From Bacteroidia bacterium (lineage in GTDB: Bacteria > Bacteroidota > Bacteroidia > UBA4408), in NCBI GenBank assembly GCA_035439485.1, contig DAORKI010000001.1:67893-131892 (forward strand): 64,000 nucleotides of DNA. Reading direction: 5' to 3'. Position numbers and translations under genes: made by a program. Below, one piece after another: positions 58,710 to 64,000 of this stretch (positions are counted from its first letter, which is position 1; each line of letters opens with the position of its first letter). Under the pieces are notes generated by a model. That model was not told where the DNA came from. It saw only the letters and a program-made list of their open reading frames with translations, and made no database searches.

Positions 58710-61700
58710 ATGAAAATTTCATTCTCCACCACATTCATAAAATTAGTTTTAGTACATATTTTTTTGTCTATAAGCTTGCTTTTAAAAGCACAAATTGTAA
58801 ACATTCCAGATGCCAATTTTAAAGCAGCTTTAGTTGGAAACAACTTAATTAATACTAATTTTGATACTGAAATTCAAGTGAGTGAGGCTGCTGCTTTTTC
58901 AGGAGCAATAGATGTTAGTAATTTAGGCATATCTAGTTTAATTGGGATTGAAGCATTTACCTCCATTACAGATTTAAACTGTAGTAATAATAGTATAGAG
59001 ACACTTGACATTTCATTAAATGTATCACTACTAAATTTGGTATGCGCCTATAATCAAATTCATACATTAAATCTAAGCAACAATGCTAACTTAAAATTAA
59101 TCAATTGTGCATCCAATCAAATTAGTGTTTTAAACTTAGCATTAAATTACCAGTTAAGAAATATTAGGTGCGATGATAATCCTATTAATAATCTTGATTT
59201 GAGTTCAAACACACTTATAAATGCCTTATACTGTAATAGTCTTAATTTATTTTATTTGGATGTTTCTGGTTTAGATAGTTTAGCGTATTTTGAATGTTCC
59301 AATAATTCGCAAATTACAGTCATAAATATGCAGAATGGAAACAATGCCAATTTATTATTGTTTTCATGCCTTGGTTGCCCAGCCTTAATATGCCTTCAAG
59401 TAGATAATGCATCATTTATGAACACCAATTGGGCTGCAGCGATTGATGGAATAGCTTCATATAGTACGAGTTGCTCCTGCACCATTAATATACCAGATCC
59501 TAATTTCAAAGCGGCACTATTGGCAAATACTAATATTAATACTAATGCAGATGCTGAAATTCAATGTAGCGAAGCAAATTCATACAGTGGAGCTATAAAT
59601 GTAGATAACTTAGGAATAACAGACCTCACTGGGATAGCATCATTTTCTCAAATTGATACTTTAATCTGTACCAATAACCTTTTGACCAATTTAGATATTT
59701 CATCAAATACTCAATTAATTTATTTGTGTTTTAGTAATAATCAATTAACTAACATAGATGTTTCTTCGAACACTATGCTGGTTGAATTATGCGGTCAATT
59801 TAATCAACTTTCATCTATTGATGTATCTACAAATACAGCTTTAAAATATTTATATTTATCATCAAATCAACTCTCTTCCTTAGATGTTTCAAATAATACC
59901 TCCTTGTGGTATTTGGCATGTTCAATTAATAATATTTCAAGTTTAGATTTAACCAATTGCCCTGAGTTATTTGAAATTAATTGTTCAAATAATCAAATTA
60001 CTAGTTTAGATTTTTCAAATAATACAGATATGTATTATGTATACTGCGATAATAATTTAATGACAAGTATTGACCTTTCATTAGATACTTCACTAGTAAT
60101 ATTGAATTGTAACAATAATAACCTCAGCTATTTGAATATACAGAATGGAAATAATATTGACTTTACTGCATTTAATGCTACAAATAACGCTAACTTAACT
60201 TGCATTCAAGTTGATGACCCTGCTTACATGATTGCTAATTGGATAGGAAGTATTGATGGAAGCGCATCATATAGTACAAACTGTGCAACCTGTGGCGTAT
60301 TACCTACACCACAATTCATTGTAAATACCAACAATATTACCACTGCGCCTGCCAATGTTATTTTTACAAATACCACATCCAATGCAGGATTGTATGATTT
60401 TAATTGGCATTTTGGGGATGGTGGAGCCATAGATAATGATAATACAACTGTAAATTATACCTATAACTATAATGGCAACTTTAATGTTAGCTTAACACTA
60501 ACTGAACCATCAACTGGTTGTACAAGCACCAACTATGATCCAAATAATAGTGCCCAAACCATAGTTTGTAATGTGCCAACGGGCAATGTTTGCGGATTTA
60601 CTCCTATTGTGAGTCCAAATGGATTAATCAATGCTTGCAATGGAAACGAGGTAATATTAACTTTGAACCCAGGGTCGTATCCTACTGGTTCAATTATACA
60701 ATGGAATAAGAATGGAGTAACTATTATTGGGGAGAATTTTCCTGAATTACGTGTTACTGATGATGCTTATTACACTGTAACCGTTTTTAATGCTTCTGGT
60801 TGTCCTGTTGTTAGTGACCCAGTTCAAGTTCAATTTAATTTGCCAGCCCTTACGGCACCAACCATTAGTCAAACAGGTACAAGCGGTCCTTGTGGTTTTA
60901 CTAATGTAACCCTAACTGCTAATGGAAGTTTTGCGACCTATTTATGGAATAATGGGCAAACAGGGAGCAGCATAAGTGTAACACAAGCTGGCAATTATTC
61001 AGTAATTGGACAAGGAGGAGTAGGTTGCAACTATAGCTCAGTGATTTACCCTGTTTCAACAAGCAGCTTTGCAAGCCCCGAAATATGTATGGTAGATGTA
61101 GATTCGGTTAATAATCATTCTGTAATAGTTTGGGAAAAACCAATTTTGACAGGTATCTTAGGATTTGGTATTTACAAAGAAACTTCTCTTTATTCAGAAA
61201 ATTTTCAGCAAATAGCGATTGTTCCATACGATTCTTTAAGTGAGTATATCGATATAAACTCAGATGCAAGCATAATTGCAGAAAGATACCTTTTGACAAT
61301 AATTGATAATTGTGGGGGAGAAAGTGCTCCATCATTACCAGCCAGAGCCATGGGCTTAAAAGTTTATCCTGGAATTAATAATCAACGTGTATTAACATGG
61401 AATTACTATGTTTCGAGTGCACAAAATTTTATAGAGTATAATATCTACTCTGGTTCAAGCATTAATAATTTGAACTTTCTAACTACTGTCCCAGCGAGCA
61501 TCAATAGCAATTACATAGATGCTAACCCATCATTTGGTGTAAACACCGTTTATAGAATTACTGCCAATATGATAATTCCTTGCGAATCGACAAGGGCAGC
61601 AAGAACAAGAAGTATATCAAATGGCAACGGTAATTTTTTAACACCATACACAGTAACAGCTTTAGAGGAAAGTATGAATTCCAACAACTTAGCTATGGCC

Positions 61701-61937
61701 ATTGTTCCAAATCCAACTAATGGGATTTTTAAATTAAGTTTTGAAAATCATAGTTTATTATATCAAGGCCATATATATGTGTTCGATATGTTTGGAAATA
61801 TAGTTTTTAATCAAGCAATCAATAAGACCAATCAAATTGAAGTTAACTTGACTTCATTAGCAAATGGTGTATACAATGCAAAATTTGTGAGTGGTAATAA
61901 AATAGTAAACAAAAAATTAGTGATTAACAAGGAATAA
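58710..61937 (+). CDS. Secreted leucine-rich-repeat (BspA/internalin-like) surface protein with two capped LRR modules, a PKD-like domain, Ig-like and FN3-like domains and a T9SS type A C-terminal domain.
   Basis: ATG at 58710 (MKISFSTTFIKLVLVHIFLSISLLLKAQ). ~22-aa LRR units (L..LDvS.NT.L..L.C..NqLt.). Each module begins with IVNIPDANFKAALV and ends with the NGNN...C...VD cap. WHFGDGG PKD motif. The C-terminal Por secretion tail (VPNPTNGIFKLSF...GVYNAKFVSGNKIVNKKLVINKE). Confidence 0.8.
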   Translation: MKISFSTTFIKLVLVHIFLSISLLLKAQIVNIPDANFKAALVGNNLINTNFDTEIQVSEAAAFSGAIDVSNLGISSLIGIEAFTSITDLNCSNNSIETLDISLNVSLLNLVCAYNQIHTLNLSNNANLKLINCASNQISVLNLALNYQLRNIRCDDNPINNLDLSSNTLINALYCNSLNLFYLDVSGLDSLAYFECSNNSQITVINMQNGNNANLLLFSCLGCPALICLQVDNASFMNTNWAAAIDGIASYSTSCSCTINIPDPNFKAALLANTNINTNADAEIQCSEANSYSGAINVDNLGITDLTGIASFSQIDTLICTNNLLTNLDISSNTQLIYLCFSNNQLTNIDVSSNTMLVELCGQFNQLSSIDVSTNTALKYLYLSSNQLSSLDVSNNTSLWYLACSINNISSLDLTNCPELFEINCSNNQITSLDFSNNTDMYYVYCDNNLMTSIDLSLDTSLVILNCNNNNLSYLNIQNGNNIDFTAFNATNNANLTCIQVDDPAYMIANWIGSIDGSASYSTNCATCGVLPTPQFIVNTNNITTAPANVIFTNTTSNAGLYDFNWHFGDGGAIDNDNTTVNYTYNYNGNFNVSLTLTEPSTGCTSTNYDPNNSAQTIVCNVPTGNVCGFTPIVSPNGLINACNGNEVILTLNPGSYPTGSIIQWNKNGVTIIGENFPELRVTDDAYYTVTVFNASGCPVVSDPVQVQFNLPALTAPTISQTGTSGPCGFTNVTLTANGSFATYLWNNGQTGSSISVTQAGNYSVIGQGGVGCNYSSVIYPVSTSSFASPEICMVDVDSVNNHSVIVWEKPILTGILGFGIYKETSLYSENFQQIAIVPYDSLSEYIDINSDASIIAERYLLTIIDNCGGESAPSLPARAMGLKVYPGINNQRVLTWNYYVSSAQNFIEYNIYSGSSINNLNFLTTVPASINSNYIDANPSFGVNTVYRITANMIIPCESTRAARTRSISNGNGNFLTPYTVTALEESMNSNNLAMAIVPNPTNGIFKLSFENHSLLYQGHIYVFDMFGNIVFNQAINKTNQIEVNLTSLANGVYNAKFVSGNKIVNKKLVINKE

Positions 61938-61984
61938 TCTGAATCATTATTAGAAGAAAAAATTATTAGTGTAAAAAAAATAAT

Positions 61985-64000
61985 ATGAAAAAAAATTCTA
62001 TCCAACAAATTAAATCAACACTAATTGTTTTAGTGCTTTTAAGTTTATCAATTGTTGCCCAAGCGCAGATTGTGAACATTCCTGATGCAAATTTTAAGGC
62101 GGCTTTGGTTGGGAATATAGCTATTAATACCAATGCAGATGGGGAAATACAGGTGAGTGAGGCGGCTGCTTTTACTGGGGGAGTTTATATTGATAACCTT
62201 GGAATTAATGACTTAACAGGAATTGAAGCATTTACTAACTTAACTATATTGTTTTGTGGGGGAAATAATTTGATAAATATTGATGTCTCTTCGAACACTT
62301 TACTCCAACAGTTTTGGTGTAATAACAATCAATTAACCAATATTGATGTATCAAACAATACAGCCCTTTTTAATTTTAATTGTAGCTACAATCAAATCTC
62401 AAGTATTGATGTTTCTTCGAACAGCGCTTTATTCAGGTTATATTGTTATAGTAACTTATTAGTAAATTTAGATGTTAGTAATAATCTACAATTAGTTCAG
62501 TTTTCATGTGGTCTGAATCAGCTCACAAGTATTGATGTTTCAAACAATATACTACTTGATCAATTTAATTGTGAATTAAATAATATAACTAACATAGATA
62601 TTTCAACGAATACATTGTTAACCAGCTTTTGGTGTGGTGATAATAATTTGTCTAGTTTAGATATTTCTAATAATTTATTGTTAAATGACTTCAACTGTAA
62701 GAATAATTCAATTGTTGGAATATTTGATTTATCTGTTCTTTCTCTATGGCAATTAGATTGTGGTGATAATCAAATTAGTGGAATTCTTGATATGTCTAAT
62801 AGTCCGGGTCTTGAATGGTTTTCATGTGTTAATAATCAAATATCAGGTTTAAATATTAAAAATGGAAATAACGTTAACCTCTTAAACTGCGCCAGTTTTG
62901 GAAATTCTTTATTAAGTTGTATTGAAGTAGATAATGTAAACTTTATGAACACTAATTGGAGTTTTGCAAAAGATCCTACAACAATATACAGTTCTTGCTG
63001 CTCTGGAAATGTGCTCAACATTCCCGATGCCAATTTTAAAAATGCCTTATTAGCAAATGCATCAATAAACACCAATTTTGATGGAGAAATACAATGTACA
63101 GAAGCCGCTGTATATGGAGGCTTTTTAAATGTGAATGGTTTGGGAATTACAGATTTAACTGGGATTGAAGCCTTTTCAAACATTGACAATTTAAACTGTT
63201 CAGATAATCAATTAACAAGCCTTGATTTATCTGCTAATACCAATTTGCAATATGTATTTTGCAATAATAATTTGCTTACAAGTATTAATGTGAGCTCAAA
63301 TACTTCGCTTTTAAATTTAGTAGCAAGCGATAACCAATTAACCAGCATTGATCTTTCAAATAATTTCACTTTAGAGGTGTTGTTTTTAGAAAATAATTTT
63401 CTTACAAGTATTGATTTAAGTAACAATGGGGTGCTCACAAGTTTAAACCTTACCAACAATCAATTATCTAGCATTAATCTTTTTAATAATGGTCAATTAC
63501 AAAGCTTGTTATTAAATGATAATCAATTAAGTAGTTTAAGCCTTTTTATGCAAACAAACTTAACCGAAATAAGATGTGCAAATAACCCAATTACCTTATT
63601 AGACCTTTCAAATAATACCCTTCTAACAACGATAGTAGTTTTTAATTGTAGTGCTTTAACCTCTCTGAATTTAAAGAATATTGACGTATTTACCATTGGT
63701 TTTTTAAATGCAACTGGCAATACAAATTTGGGTTGCGTGTCGGTTGATGATGTAGCTTATATGAATACCAATTGGAGTACTGCAATTGATGGAATTACAA
63801 CTTATAATTTAGATTGCGATGCCTTTGTGAATATTCCGGATGCTTTGTTTAAGAATCAACTTGTAACCAACTCAGTTATTAACCCTAATTTGGATGGTGA
63901 AATAACTTTTGGTGAAGCAGCTTCATATACAGGATCAATTACGGTAAACTTTTTAGGAATATCAGATTTAACAGGGATTGAGGCCTTTGTAAATATTACT
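61985..64000 (+). CDS. Second LRR surface protein paralog. It is 3'-partial, running off the window end, and is absent from the supplied ORF track.
   Basis: ATG at 61985 gives MKKNSIQQIKSTLIVLVLLSLSIVAQAQIVNIPDANFKAALVGN, near-identical to the mature N-terminus of the upstream LRR gene. At least three LRR modules follow (restarts at ~63010 NIPDANFKNALLAN and ~63830 NIPDALFKNQLVTN). No in-frame stop appears before 64000. Confidence 0.7.
   Translation, partial: MKKNSIQQIKSTLIVLVLLSLSIVAQAQIVNIPDANFKAALVGNIAINTNADGEIQVSEAAAFTGGVYIDNLGINDLTGIEAFTNLTILFCGGNNLINIDVSSNTLLQQFWCNNNQLTNIDVSNNTALFNFNCSYNQISSIDVSSNSALFRLYCYSNLLVNLDVSNNLQLVQFSCGLNQLTSIDVSNNILLDQFNCELNNITNIDISTNTLLTSFWCGDNNLSSLDISNNLLLNDFNCKNNSIVGIFDLSVLSLWQLDCGDNQISGILDMSNSPGLEWFSCVNNQISGLNIKNGNNVNLLNCASFGNSLLSCIEVDNVNFMNTNWSFAKDPTTIYSSCCSGNVLNIPDANFKNALLANASINTNFDGEIQCTEAAVYGGFLNVNGLGITDLTGIEAFSNIDNLNCSDNQLTSLDLSANTNLQYVFCNNNLLTSINVSSNTSLLNLVASDNQLTSIDLSNNFTLEVLFLENNFLTSIDLSNNGVLTSLNLTNNQLSSINLFNNGQLQSLLLNDNQLSSLSLFMQTNLTEIRCANNPITLLDLSNNTLLTTIVVFNCSALTSLNLKNIDVFTIGFLNATGNTNLGCVSVDDVAYMNTNWSTAIDGITTYNLDCDAFVNIPDALFKNQLVTNSVINPNLDGEITFGEAASYTGSITVNFLGISDLTGIEAFVNIT

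Noticed and set aside
62836-63720. Three minus-strand ORFs (117, 83 and 65 aa) listed in the track.
   Set aside because: They lie antisense within the highly repetitive plus-strand LRR gene that starts at 61985. Their low-complexity K/L/F-rich translations are typical of spurious frames opposite AT-rich repeats.
58800-64000. Regular ~66-bp periodicity in the LRR genes, which could superficially suggest a CRISPR-like array.
   Set aside because: The periodicity lies within an open reading frame and encodes canonical L..L.L..N.L leucine-rich repeats. The repeats are imperfect, and no spacer-and-direct-repeat structure or cas genes are present.

Overview
The window is AT-rich and looks like a gliding Bacteroidetes chromosome, most likely of Flavobacteriia or Cytophagia type. 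Evidence for this: many proteins carry type A or type B type IX secretion system (T9SS) C-terminal domains, there is a PorP/SprF gene, the conserved ssb-gldE-gldD gliding arrangement is present, several genes begin with TTG or GTG, and TAnnTTTG -7 promoter motifs occur upstream of genes.

The content is a mix of housekeeping genes and envelope or secreted-protein loci.
- Housekeeping: murA, thiL, mdh, kdsA, purS, pssA, dCMP deaminase, S41 C-terminal protease, SSB, SDR, class-III aminotransferase.
- A 5'-truncated SprB-repeat adhesin with a type B CTD, followed by PorP/SprF and a PG1058-like TPR/beta-propeller/OmpA protein.
- An M1 aminopeptidase, a beta-propeller repeat protein and a PQQ-type sugar dehydrogenase, each with a type A T9SS tail.
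- A co-directional gene string of about 11 kb (21.8-32.7 kb): lipoprotein, OM beta-barrel, GT-C-like membrane protein, kdsA, T9SS cargo, SDR, second GT-C-like protein, aminotransferase, OM protein.
- A periplasmic propeller sensor fused to a cytoplasmic PP2C phosphatase, lying divergent to a T9SS surface-protein array.
- That array holds a roughly 1640-aa tandem-propeller-repeat protein, a secreted Lys/Glu-rich protein with three DNA-level tandem repeats, and two tandem leucine-rich-repeat paralogs. The second LRR gene runs off the window end and is missing from the ORF track.

I saw no CRISPR array, rRNA, tRNA, transposase or integrase. Coding density is high. The one long non-coding stretch is 44444-45176.

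The candidates for something new are: the apparent in-frame GldE-GldD fusion; the sensor-PP2C next to a modular, recombining T9SS surface-protein family; and the envelope-glycan/T9SS operon with three GT-C-like membrane proteins.
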